From contig CM120640.1 in the NCBI GenBank assembly GCA_051362555.1, positions 50,012,788 through 50,076,787 of the forward strand: a stretch of 64,000 bases of DNA. Reading direction: 5' to 3'. This stretch comes from Lingula anatina. Lineage: Eukaryota > Animalia > Brachiopoda. Below are positions 27,331 to 41,200 of this stretch, one piece after another. How positions within the stretch are numbered: position 1 is the first letter of the stretch; each line of letters opens with the position of its first letter. A program made the position numbers and the translations under genes. The notes under the pieces were generated by a model. That model was given only the letters and a program-made list of their open reading frames with translations. It was not told the DNA's origin and made no database searches.

Positions 27331-30300
27331 ATGGCCGTCCAGAGATTGAGGAGCGAACCCCGTGGGAGACGGCGGATCAGGGTGGATCACATTAGTCCAG
27401 TTGTAAAATATGTATTGTTCTGGTTCAATTTTATGTTTTGGGTAAGTTCACTCTACTTTCAGTGTTTTTACGTTCACCAAGTGTTTGATTACATTCATTA
27501 TTTGAACAATGGCATTAAAACGTTTGAGCTTGTAGGCCTTATTTAACTACAATGGACGGCATGGTATGTTGCACGAATTAATGCATAATGATATTTGTCT
27601 CGAAATATACATTTATATACACGATTACAGTCGTTTTAATGTACGAATATCTAGTAGAAGTGCATACGTTTATACTGAACTTTTCATTGATTATTATTGC
27701 CCCAGCTGGCGCACCTAATGAATCTAGAGCACTTAAACGAATCAATGTCTGTCGAGAGACAGCTGGAAATGAAACAGACCTCTGAGCCCCTCCAGCCAAC
27801 AGTAAACATGTTTTCTATCTACAAACTGTCTGTTGCCATAAAAAGCTACAATGAATTCATATACCAACGAAGAAGGGGGCTGTTTATATATTGAGAGCAA
27901 ATAAATAAGAGAGAGGAGGAGGGAGAGGGAGTAAGAGGGAGGGACGGAAAATTGTGGTATATAGGGATATGAGGATCTTTTTTGGCTAATCTTGAGGATC
28001 TCATTGGGGGGGGGGAGCACAATTCACAGGAAATAAATTAATCATTTCACAAATCACAGTAAGTAAAACTTTATTCAAATCTAATTGATAGTCCTAAAAA
28101 TTCTGAAAATCACGATGCACCGGGTATAATGACTTCGTTTCACGAAGGGCAAAAAATAAAAAGCAGCATTCACGGGTCACGGAAATGGGGTGCTTTGCAG
28201 ATCACGCTAAATAATATGAACGTTTCACGCATCTCTGGACATAAAAAGTGGCTTTCACGTGTAAGAAAATTACCCAGTGAGAATTTCAATTTTGTATGGG
28301 GATCATAATCTTACTGTGATATTCAAAGCACAGGGGTGGAACATAGCTTTACTTCGTCTTGTTTCGCTTATACGTTATAGTATGGACAGAATTACAATTC
28401 GTAATTTTGCTCATGGTTTTAGTTAAATTGTTGAAGGGGGAGGGGGGGGGAGAAGCAGTCTAACCGAAGTAACAGGTGGCCCATTGTGAACCCTTCCCTA
28501 CCCCCATCAAAAATTGACCAGAAGCAGCGATGAGACTGAAACACACGTACATGTAACAAGCTTGTGTTTCTTGTGCAATTTGACATTGAATTGTTGGCCC
28601 TTATACCGGCGCTTCTTTCTCAATTGATAGCAAAGTTGTTCCGCGCGAAATAACCAGAAAACGAACAGAGAAGATTATTAATACGGTACAAATGATAGTT
28701 CATTTATTATAATTATTTATGTATTTTACAGGTTGGTGGCGCATTGTTAGCGGGCCTTGGAGCATGGGTTTTGATAGAAAAAGAAAAGAAGTTGCGAGAT
28801 GTCCTGGATTTTTTCTTTGATCCCGCCATAATTATGTGTGCAGCGGGTTGTATCATATTCGTGTTAGCATTTTTTGGCTGCATAGGAGCACTGAGGGAAA
28901 ATCTTTGTCTACTGCAGACTGTAAGTATCAATAAAACAGCAATTGGCTGATTTTCTTCGATCAGGTTATATTAAACACAATTTCTATATGTACGTCACAA
29001 CTAACACAAACGCAATCTGTAAAACATTTTCATTGACTTATGTATTCTTTATGTTTAACAAGGTATCAGGACTTGCATGGACTTATTTATTTCAGTTTCA
29101 CTACGTGTTGACGATACTGCTGGTTATACAACTGTTGCTTGGTGCAGCCGTGTTTATTTTTTACTATGTTCCTGGTTTACGTCAACATATGCAAGCTCTC
29201 CCCGATGACGATCTCAAGCACGCAATTATAAAGTACAGAGATGATTTAGACTTAAGGGACCTTATTGATAATATACAAAAACAGGTAGTGTGATAGATGT
29301 CGCTAAACGAAATAATTTGTTTACAGTAGTTATCACCATGCATATTAACAGCCAAGTAAATCTTATATCACAGCATGATGAAGTAAGATAACATATTGCT
29401 CTTTTCAAAGCAACTTTAAGATTTAGTGGGTCTACTAGTATGAGTGTTCAAGGGTCCATAATTTTAAGTACTCAATGATCCCATTTTTTCGAAAAATTAT
29501 TTTGTCATTAGACTTTGTTTTTCAATTTTTGAAAAGCACATTTGATTTACGTACATCAAGTAATAAGTTATGGTTATATCTGCAGTTTGAATGCTGTGGA
29601 GTAAGCAATAGTGACGAAGGATACAAGGATTGGGTGGCAAACATGTACTTTAACTGCTCAGACACTAACCCTAGTGTGGAGAGATGTGGAGTGCCGGCCT
29701 CTTGCTGCAAAATGAAACCGGTAAGACGAAAAAAATGTCAACGTGTGGCAACAGGGAGATTTTTTTTAATAAATAAAGGAATAATGATAATTAAATGTGT
29801 AAAATTAAGGTAATGTTTACTGAAAAAATTATTTTAAAAACCTATCTTTATCAGCCTGCACGATCGGTTTGATAAGGATATACATGTAGTTATTCAAGGC
29901 ATACAATGGCACAACATAGGCGTTTCTTAATACGAGGAAATATTTTTTAACGTGTTGAGAAAAAATAGTATTGGCATAACCATTTTCTATTACAGGGAGA
30001 GATGATAAACGTAATGTGCGGATTCGATACAACTAATAAACCTGTGAGTAAACCAACGTGTCAATTATCACGCTTTTTAAAAGTAAAATAATGCATGGGT
30101 TGGGTAGCATTCCTATCTTACAATGATCATATATTATAAAGCATCTATAAATGAATAATATATACTATTTCGAAAAATTATAGCACCACACGTGCCTTTA
30201 CAGAAACGTGACGTTGAGCACCTTATCTACACGAGGGGATGTCTGAAGGGATTTGGTTCTTGGCTGGAAACTCACTCCATTATCATTGGTGCAGTGTCAC

Positions 30301-30677
30301 TAGGAGTTATCATTCCACAAGTAAGCGATAACAGTATTCTAGACCTACAATTTAAAAAATTGACCATAAATATGCTTCTCTTTTAAAAGATTTTAACCAT
30401 GCGCTACATGCTTACCCGAACGAAGAAGGTGACAGCTAATTTTTGTTGTAAGGCTCTTAAACTTAAGTATTTTAGCACAAATATGCATCTTGTTACATAA
30501 ACCATGGTCCTCTATAAAAATAATTTAATAAATGAGACAGATACTAATACTGTTGCTTTTCTGTGGATTTAGCTTTTGCCTTAAAATTTTGTGATTTCCT
30601 TATAGTTCCTGGGCATATGTCTGGCGCGGACGTTTGTGGAACAAGTCCGTCTACAAGTTGCCCAGTGGAAACATTAA
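27331..30677 (+). CDS. TspanC8-subfamily tetraspanin (TSPAN33/5/14/17-like, 286 aa)
   Basis: Seven exons, all phase 0: 27331-27441, 28732-28920, 29096-29284, 29586-29720, 29996-30043, 30204-30320, 30606-30677. GCIGALREN, CCG, DW..NMYFNCS, ERCGVPASCC, MCG, IYTRGC give 8 cysteines in the large extracellular loop (ADAM10-trafficking TspanC8 class). Confidence 0.93.
27994..28287. mobile_element. Probable MITE with dispersed TCACG/TTCAC motifs
   Basis: Imperfect TIR GAGGATCTCATTGGG / CCCAGTGAGAATTTC and many same-strand (T/A)TCAC(G) motifs inside. Confidence 0.45.
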
Positions 30678-30726
30678 AGCACGTTCAAGTCATCTAATGG
30701 CAAGGAAGTCAAAAACACTGGACATA

Positions 30727-31550
30727 CTTTGTCAACGTTTAAAGGCGATAACGGACGCTGGAAGCTGTTTTCATTAATTTATTTAAACAGACTTTCACAT
30801 TTACTTTAATATATAGTAGTATGCTGTATTTTATTTGCATCATACATGTACACGTTTGTACTTTAAACGAAGAAGTTGATGAAGCGTTTTTATGCTTTGA
30901 AAGTTACTGTGACTCCTAAGATTTTTAAAAGAAAATGCAACTTTTTCAACGTTTAAAAGTCATTATGGATGCAGACCGATAACCGTTTTCATTCAATTTT
31001 TTTTTAAATACACTTGTTCACATCTGCTTTAATGTAGTATATTTCATCTCATTCGTACCTTAGTACTTTTAACATAACGATCGGTGAAGCGTTTATACTT
31101 CCGCCAAGGAAATCGTTTTCACCTTCGTTGGTCTGTTTGTTTGTCACCGACCCAGTCAAAAGTTATGGATGGATTTTGACGAAGTTTTCAGGAATAACTT
31201 AAAAGTGAGATGATTTTGGTGGTAATTCGGTGTGACAGGAATTGTAGACCACCAGCAGTCATCCAGACTACCATTCCTGCCACACCACATCACCAGCAGG
31301 TTCCAGGAAATTTTAAAGGATTCTTAACCATTGCAAGATAGGGCCATTGGTCAGTTTTGCTTATAACTCCACAAATCATGCATTTAATTTTTAATGAGAA
31401 TTAAACTGATTAGTTGACTGGTGAATGATTGATAATAGAATAACCGAGTTGCCTTGGCGGAGGTCTGCGCTCTTTGAGTGTTTCTAGTTATGCTTCGGAA
31501 ATTACTGCAACTCCTAATCAAGTTTTTTTTTTTTTTGAAGAAAATTTAAC
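30727..31550. repeat. Diverged ~215-bp tandem duplication downstream of the tetraspanin stop; second unit interrupted by a transposon
   Basis: TCAACGTTTAAA, GTTTTCATT, GAAGCGTTT..TATGCTT, TTACTG..ACTCCTAA and GAAAAT landmarks occur twice in the same order. Confidence 0.75.
31095..31487 (+). mobile_element. Non-autonomous Helentron/DINE-1-like element, copy 3 (opposite orientation)
   Basis: ACTTCCGCCAAGG...(GTTT)n...CCTTGGCGGAGGTCTGCGCTCTTTGAGTGTTTCTAG; reverse complement of copies 1 and 2; inserted in a T run. Confidence 0.75.
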
Positions 31551-33264
31551 TCTGTGGAGAAACAGTCGTTTTCCATGTATAATTGGTTCCTAATGACATA
31601 AGTTTCTGTATTTTGATGTCAATCATTCCTTAAAGCACGCCGAAGGGTTCTCAACGTAATTGTAACGAAATAACAATGGATAGCACGAACGCCGTTATTT
31701 GTATTTGCCAAGTTGAAACGTGTAAAGTTGTAAATGAAGATATTGCAATTATGATACTTTATTTAGACAGCAAATCTTTATTAAGACCTAATATAATGAA
31801 ATGACCTGTAAGGGATCAAACAGATAATAATCATCCGGAAAACAATATACCTTCACCCGAATAAGTCAATCACATTAAAAAATGCAGAATTACATGAAGC
31901 TCGAATCCAAAATATGAAGTTGCAAGTAAGAAGCTAAGCCCTTACCGACTCCAATACCTTTATCGCAAATAACATGATACGACAATATATGATTTCGGGA
32001 GGCTCCTGTATATACAAGACAAGAGCAAGAAGGCTCAGGTAGGCTGCATTTTGATAACAGGCATCGTCTGCTGAGACAAGCACACATATGGTGCGCGCGT
32101 CTGCGCTGTGAACATATAAGTTTGTGTGCACACAACTATGACCATGGTCCCTAAATAGAAGGTGGATATCACACTTAAATAATGTCTTATATCCATATAG
32201 TTCTAATGCCCATTGACTACCATGGCAAACCCTATGCTGACATTGCAAAACTAATACACTGCCAACTTTCTTATTTAGTTATACCATGTACGCAAATATT
32301 TATTTCTTATGCTTCTAGCAGAGGTAGCATCCGAGGTAACATCCGAGGTAGTATCAGAGGTAGTCGTGCTAAGCATAAGCTTAAGTTCCTTATATATTTA
32401 ATGTGTAACCATTATACAACTGATACCTCTATGTATTTTGTTTTAAAAATACCAGATATTAAATTCAAATCAATACAACCATTTGCTAATTCTATGAAGG
32501 GCCATAGAAAATTAAAGCATTCGAGGCAGTTTTAAGCTATTTTTGGTCCATTATTGGGTTTTCTCGAAAAGATTTTTAAAGCTAGACAATATGACAAAAT
32601 ATTCTGTTTTCCCAAAGAGCATATTTCGGCACGTGAAAGACGAAATGTACAGATCCAAGTATCACTGTATGACACCCAAGCTTCGAGATATTCCAGATGC
32701 CACTTCATTTTTAGCATTGCCAAATAAAACAACTTTTATACAGGGTGCCGTGTGACAAAACACAAGCCAATTGTTACAATTCTTAGTACATTTACAGACC
32801 ATTATCTTATTGACATAAAACAAATACTGTGCTTCACAAATGGATCTTTGAAAATTATTGTCCCCAATCCAACCTACCTTTTATTTTTGTCTCGTGCAGA
32901 GAGGTGCAGAGCGTGAAAGGAAACCTCTTAACCTACTTACAAGTAGCATCTCAAACATTAAAAGATGTACTATGGTGAAAAAAACCTTTACCTTAATAAC
33001 AGGTGGTGTTAAAAAGTTTTCAAAATGTGCAAAACATTTTAAGACTATACAATGCAGGAGGACCTATGAAATTAACTAAGAAAAACAGTGGGTTTAACAA
33101 AAGAGAGCTAATGCATCTGTTTGACATCATAACTCACATTTTACCTCATATCTATTCAAAACAGGGATAGAAGGAAATATATGTGTGTATATATATATAA
33201 ATATATATGTTTAAATATAATTGTTGGGAACTAATATAGCTGTATGCATTGATTAAAACATTGA

Positions 33265-33600
33265 AGGGATAATAACTCTTCGTATTATATCTATATTTCA
33301 CAATAAAAACATTGTGAATAACTCATAGAAATATAACATAGTCTGTTTTACTACAAAAACGGCAGTTATAGCTATTATTCTGATATCTGAGCTTGTCTTT
33401 AGACCACGTGACCTCCATTAACGGCTATACTCTGTTAAAATCTCTTAAGAGATTTTAACAAAAAACCCAACTTTTTAGAAAAAAAAACAGGGACTACTTT
33501 GAATGTAAAAATGGATTCATTAACCATTGGTAAGTATGGGAAAATTGTTGTTTACTCCAGGAAATTCATTTTTTGGCCGAAACGAAGAGTTATTATCCCT
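33265..33600. mobile_element. Kolobok-like MITE
   Basis: 19-bp TIR AGGGATAATAACTCTTCGT / ACGAAGAGTTATTATCCCT, flanked by TTGA and TTAA (degenerate TTAA TSD). Confidence 0.65.
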
Positions 33601-35071
33601 TTAAGTGTATGTATGGGTAACTAATGCTAGAGCCTACCTAGCAGCACAGAAAACATGGCTACCTATAACAACAATCACGAAAGAGAAAACGTGAACACAT
33701 TGCAAGTGAACCACACAAGTATATGGTACTGGCTCAATGAACACAAACTTACCAACAGATCATTTTGAAAATACATACATAACTAACACTTACTGCAATC
33801 TTGGGCTTTTTTCAAACTCCTGAACATATTCCCACAAAACTTATCAACTGAGGTTAGGAGTTATACTGTTCAATCGTAAAGATGGTTCACAACAAAAAAG
33901 AATTTGTCATAAATCAGCAACAGGTGTATATCTAAATCCAAAAAACACTTTAAAATGATATTTGACATCATCAAAACATTTGCCTTTAAAAAGGCATTAA
34001 AAGTTAATGGACTGGCATCCAATTAATGAACACATTTACTTTAGGAAGTGTTAATTTTTCTGTATCATTCAAGTTTGTAAAATCAAATTAGCTACTGAAC
34101 TTGAAAATAATTGCACAACAAAAACAATGAAACACATTTAAGTAGGTACAAATACCAATGTACTGAATAACAAATAAAATATTTCATAACATAAGTTTAT
34201 ATTATAAAATATATTCCATTTTTAAAACCATTTGAGTGGTTTTTTATGCCAATATATTCGAGCAGACCATCAAAAATTGCCTGCCACGAAGAAAATCTAG
34301 ACATAATCCTTGAAAATGAAACATTTGCAATGCATATCCATAATTCAGCAATAAATAGTTGTCATAAAGAAAGCAACTTAAAGATTTTGAGTCTTATATA
34401 GGCTACAAAAATCTTTTAACTGGCCACCTACCTTTTAAATGCTTGCATATGACTAAATTATGAATTTTCACATTTTCTTATTTTTTATCTTTATAAAGAA
34501 ATTGCACCAAAAATACATTTCAGCTGCCCATTATATATAGATGACAGTAACAAATACACTATTCAGTTGCTTTATTCCAAAATTACATTTGGCTCAATCA
34601 GATTATTTAAAATCTACATATACTCTTAATTAAACAATAATTAGTGAAGTATAAATATATATTACCTATACAAATAATGAAAGTTCAGTCTCATTCCTAA
34701 AAGATACAGAGTGATCTTTAAAACAATCATCCTTACCTAGACCATACCTATACTTTCTTATTTCAATAATGAAAAGACAATAAAGAGATGCACTAAATTA
34801 TGAATAAGGCTCTGCTTCTAATGTTCATACCCTGTGTACTTACATAAATGTTTAATATTTCACTTACCAGAAGAAGTTTACACAGTTATTACAAAGGCTG
34901 AGAGTGTGAGGTGATGGGTTTAGACATTCAACATCAGGGGTCACTTCATTTGCACTCTTCACAATATTCAATATAAATCGTGTCATCAATTTCTTCAGTT
35001 AACCTATGAAGCCAAATGCAAATGTGCATTACACACATTGTTTCAACCATGTAAACCCATCATCAGCATAA

Positions 35072-38000
35072 TTAGATATCTTTCTTTTCTTCTGGGACAA
35101 CAAGAAGCAACTTCTGTAAAGTGAGAGTGCAGGCATCTGAAACAAGAAAATTCAAGTTTTATAAATTTTTTTTTTGTATTTCACAAATAGAAAATTCATT
35201 TCCACCTTTTTGGATAAGGAAGAAAGATACTCCTAATGGAGCATAAAAAAGACATGAAATTCATTACAATGACTAAAAATTTTATCAAATTTTCTATGAC
35301 TTGATCACACATGAACATAATCATTAATAATTTTTTTGCAGAGTGAGAAACTGAAATCCCATACCAATTTTACTCTGAATAGCCTTTGGTTTGGTCTTCC
35401 AGCCAATGAATATTAAATAAACTGGAATTCCAGTAGCGATGATAAGGCATCCAAATCCTGAAATTGGTGGAAAAGGTCTATGATTCTTTGAACTAATATT
35501 ACAGATTATGCTATTATTTGAAATTAGGTCAGCTGACCTGATAGCTTTAAATTACATAAATCTGTTCTTAGCACGAATGAACATGAATCACTTTTGATGA
35601 AAATCAAACTGTGTTAAACCTGGAGTAAGGCACAAAAATAGATAGGAACACATTCCCCACTGTAAATCTTTCCAAACTTTATGCCACTGCTATTGTTACC
35701 AAATTATAAATTCATAAGGCATGTCCTACAATTTTTCACTTGTGTATTTGTATTTATTTTTTAACTTCAAGGTTTGAAGAAACATAAGGAGATAAATATC
35801 AACTGACCAGTTTCTACTGGGCTGGCATACAGAGGCACCACGACCAGGAAAACAGAGGCTGCTGTGTAAATTATTGGCCACACTAAGCTCACCTGTAAGG
35901 TAAAAAGAAAATAAAAAATAAATCTTCACATCAGTAGAGGTCACCTGAAAATGTAAGGATGCCATGTCATGTACCATTTTGTTACAGTAATTACTGTTGG
36001 CAAGTTGAATAAACATCAAAAAGCAATTCATTATGCACATTAATGCACAAAATATCAGAACTGACTATGTTATCAAAATTCAGATTAAATTATTCTTTGT
36101 TGAATTGTTTGTAATATTTTACAATATATGGAAATCTATTTATAGCTTTAAAAGGTACCAAACAGGTTTTTTAACGTACCTTAATCGGTCTGTTGGCATC
36201 TGGCCAACTGTACCTGAAGTACAGCAAGGCCACCACAGAGAGACCAATGGCAAGCCACGTTACAAATCCAACATAGTTTATGAGAGCATACATGTCAGTG
36301 GACACCAGGTAACACAAAGTGGTCAGTGCCTGAAACGAGGTACATTATCTGATCAATAAATTTATCATAACACATGGCCATCTTTATCAGCAGCTTCTAA
36401 ATGCAAAACAGAAAATGCCACAGTATACTGATGATCCAAAGTTGAGGATACCAAACTGCCTGCAGATATATCAGAGTCAGACAGGAATCAAATTACAACC
36501 TTTTTCTTTATCAGTTCAGTGACCAAGTGCATTAAATATGATGACTAAATACAGCTCATTTTGGATCATCTTCGCACATTGTTAAGATGCAGTCATACTT
36601 GGTTGAACCTTTTAACCTACCACAAACAGGACTGCTGGTGCAGGGGTCAGTCGGTTTATTTGTACTGTGCTGAGGATCATGGGCATGTGTCCTTCACGGG
36701 AGCCAACATAGAACAATCTGAAAATTACAGATCAAATTTAATATTATAATCCTAAATGACCAAGTGCTAAAATCTCACATAATAACTAAAAATGCTGATA
36801 TAAAAGGTATACTTAAATTTTTCCCAAAATCGTATCCTGCAAAGCTGCTAATCTTTCCCTATTCAGACCTGAAAACTAATAAACACCTCAAATGGAAGAA
36901 CCTGGCATCAATAGTTCCTCCTGAAATGTACAGGAAAACATGATGACTGACCACTCGTTTTGTATATAATTAAACTAAAAATGGAATAAAACATCAAATC
37001 CAAGTGCAGGGAAAGCTCCAGCAATGATTCATGGAGAAAACTGCTTTTTTCCTGAGAAAAATTAACTTTGGTGGGTAAATCCTATATAGAGTACCCTTTT
37101 TCATCATTGCTAAAATTCATAAATCTGTGAAAATATTAATGTCGTTAAAAATGAATTAGCTCAGAAATCATTGGCATTTAGCTCTAATCAATGGTGTTTA
37201 ATTGCTTGATAATTAGAAAATGGTCTCTTAGCAGGCTGAGATTAGTAATAATTCAATTATATTCAAGTGAGGAACCTTTCTAATAAAAAAACTTCACAGC
37301 CACATCAGTACCTTGGTGTGATTTATCTCACAGCAGAGCAGTCTCTTAAGGAATAAAGAAGCTGATGTACTCTCTAGAGACACTCCTTTCTTATCCTAGC
37401 TTCATTAAAAAGAGTGCAAACATAGTTCTGATAGCAATGGGTGACATGTAGTTCCGTTTCGCAAAGTTGTCAAAACTTCCTGTGACATGGGTGTTCTTAA
37501 AATGCTACAGAAATTGCATCAAAAGCAATTATAATTCCATCATCTCTTTTTAGGAGATTTTTTAAAGGCATCATTCTAAAAGAGGAAAGGTAATGAAGAC
37601 TGATAGCATTTTGAAAGAAAAAAGAAGCTATTTGGTTAAAAATCAAGCAGATGTTGATTGAGCTTTGGAGCAAAAAAAATGTTGGAGAATAGCAAATTTA
37701 CGCTATATATTTAAGGCAAAGTGATATTTCTTTCCCTGTGTACCATACCAAAGTTAGAGCGCTACAAAACCTCTTCCCTGTGCAGCTTTCACAATCAATT
37801 CTTTGCAATATTACCCATTCTAGTAGAAGTACAGTATGACATGGTCCAGGACCAACCTCCCAAAACACATCTGGTGTCTTACCTGGCAGTGGTGAACATG
37901 ATGCCATTGACACCTCCAAAGGTAGACAGTGCTACAAACACTGGCATGATCCACCACATCACTCCATACAGACGCTGGGAAAATGTCTGAAAACACAAGA

Positions 38001-38200
38001 CAGATGAAACAATATCATTATAAGTAGCATTTGTCTACCTACACTAATTTAAGTAAACAAATAATAGTTACTGGCTAAATAGCACATGATGTAGAGAAAA
38101 ATTCTTGCCCAATATGTTAGACTACAAAATGATTAAAGAATACAAAAAATTCCAATGTAAGCCTGAGTGGATACATTTTTAGCAGATGCTATTTTTAATA

Positions 38201-38264
<64 letters not shown>

Positions 38265-41200
38265 TACTGACAAAGGGGACAATAAAATTTCTACATATAA
38301 ATGTAGGTCTAACAAAACATACATCAGATTATATTCTTATTGTTAAATTTTTGCATATTAGCATTTAAATGTATTCGTTCAAAAGAGGTTTACTCCTAGT
38401 CAGCCCCGTTGGAAACAAAAAAAACTAATGGCTAACAATTGAACATCCAGGTTCAAAAGTTGAACAAATTTCTTGGATTCTCATTAAGAAGTACTTCAAT
38501 GCAAGGCACTAACAGATGATGATGAACATGTGTCATAACCACAGGGCAGGTATTGATCAAAAACTACTTAATGCAAAAATGGAATCTCACATACAAGAAC
38601 ATGAAAATTGCAATAGATATATACTTTGAATTCCCTGTAACCAAATAAAATTTCACAAAATGTATGCAGATGAGACAAATGAGCCGAAAATGGTTACCTT
38701 CCAACTTTTAGTATCTTTATAAGGTCAAATATGGTAAAATGCTTATAAGTAACTAGTATAAACAAAACATGCTGGACAGATTATTTCTCTACGTATCAGG
38801 TGAGCCTACTCATCCACAACAGCCACCTGTAGATGTAGGAAAGACAACATAAGTTGTGCCTTTTAGTGTTACCTGACATATTTATGCCTACTTTGATATC
38901 AAGAAATAGCAATCAAGAACTAAAACTGCAATAAAAAAAAACATTTAAAATTGAGGTTGTTACCAAAGTATCTTGAAATGGATCAGAGTGAGAAGACATT
39001 GAATTAAAGTATACTTAGTTTATATAAAACATGGGTACATTTAAGAAACTTATGATTCAAATGGAATGAGATTTTTTTCAACAACCGGAGTTAACCAAAA
39101 ACAATATACTAGGTTAAAGCAGCATTAAAAATACCCTTCCATCATATTATTCAAATCTAATGTACTGTAAGGTTTCTGAGCCTGTAGATAATTCTTTTAT
39201 GTCATATTTATTCTCCTGTAGACGTGACATTGCAAATTTGACCTTAATGTCATTGGAGCAATAGACATGCATTTACAGTTTATGACATGAGAGTGTAAGG
39301 ATCTGGGAGTATAAGGGAGGGAGGGGGGAGGGGGGGGGCAACAACCTCTGAGTGTCCTTGACAACCTGGCTGACAATTGTTTATAAAATATTACAAGGTA
39401 CAGACACACTTGTTGACCTGCTCTTAAACACATGAGGTTTTGTGGCATGTGGACCTTACCACTGCCACGGCAGATGACTCCAGGAGTTCCTTGGGGGTGA
39501 CTGTGGTGAAATAGGCTACATTGGCAAGAACATACACAAACATCACCAGGATACAAGATATCCATATGGCTCTAGGGAGATTCCTGAAATATACAAATAA
39601 TTTTCATTCATAATACCGTAACGTGACCGTTCATACATTTATATATAGTGAAATTGAATGTATTTTATATCTTTCCTCCTATTGCTTAATTTTCGCTAGT
39701 GCTAATTAAATTAGTGATTTTTACAAATCTTCTTCAGAAAAAAATGCAATATTGCACTGCTAACCTACACTGTCAAGACTAAAATCTTTCTTAAACAGGG
39801 CAACACTTTGCCTGGATAATATAATGTTGAGGTGAAGATTTTTTACCATTTCTTAAAAGAAGCAAAGTTTTCAATAAACTTACTTTTCGGGATTCTTTAA
39901 CTCCTCTGTCACACAATTTGCATAATTCCTGCAAAGAAATTACATTGATCTGTCTTAAACAAAAGATCAAGTGAACACAATTTCAGTTGCTCAAACAACA
40001 CATCAAATGATATTTCAATAAAATTAGTTTTTGATATAAAATAGAGTGCTTACATACCACCTCAGATAGTTTTCAACTTTCATTTTTAAAACAAATGAAA
40101 TTGAATGTTCAAACAATTTATCTATTGTGGCCTGGATTTGTATGCTGTGCCTTAAGGATAACCACAGACAATAACTGTTAGGCAGAACTACCTATTTATT
40201 CTTTGACCACATACTAATGCCATATATTGACATTAAAAAAAATTAACTTGGAGTGACTTAATAAAGGTTAAAAAGCAGGAACAAAAATATCAAATATCAT
40301 AAAAACTGTCACAACTGTTCATCGTATGACCTATACCAGGCCCACATCCTTCTTCAAAATAATAAAACTAAGGTTTTAAATAAAAATCAAACTTATTCAA
40401 GGTTAAAAAGCAGGAACAAAAATATCAAATATCATAAAAACTGTCACAACTGTTCATCGTATGACATAAAACCAGGCCCACATCCTTCTTCAAGATAATA
40501 AAACTAAGGTTTTGAAAAAAAATCAAACCTTTGTAGTAACGCAGAGGTTGTGTATCATTTTGGTCCCCTTCTAGTAGTGAAATGATGCATATAAATAGGA
40601 GTTCCAAGTGGTAACAAGCAGACACATAAACAGTATGCTGTTCCACCCTCACTGTGTACCAAAAATTAAATCTTTCTGTCATCAAATGCTAATAATTTTA
40701 AGGGTTACGTTTAACCAGCTGATTTACAGGAATATAATTTCCACTTTTATCAAAACATTTTTAAGTGTTGCACTTTACATTCTTGTATTCAAATACTGAA
40801 TCTTTGATTTAGCCAATCAATCCCAATCACTTATAAGAAGAAGCTTTACTTATTAGTATATTAGTGGACACTTCATACAGAGAATAGAAGAGTGGTAAGG
40901 TCTGGAGTTTTTTTCCTCGGTTCATTGGGTACAAACAGAGAAGGGTGCTATCATCATTATCTATTCACTCTGCGAAGGACCATGCTGGGCCACAACATGA
41001 AGCAAATGTGCTGCCCTGCAATCAGGAATCAATCATAATAATAAACATGTTTGTTCAATTTGTTCTAGGATCCAAAATATTTATTTATTTTGGATCCTAG
41101 ATTTGTTCTACCAAATATATGGTCCTGGGAACTGCAAAAAGAAACTGCATCCCATGAGTCAAAGATCAAGAAAACAGTTTAAATATTTTTTATTAAGTGT

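Noticed and set aside
32320-32365. Four copies of a 12-bp unit (GAGGTAGCATCC-like) in a 117-aa ORF
   Set aside because: Simple minisatellite with no spacers; not CRISPR and no coding support.
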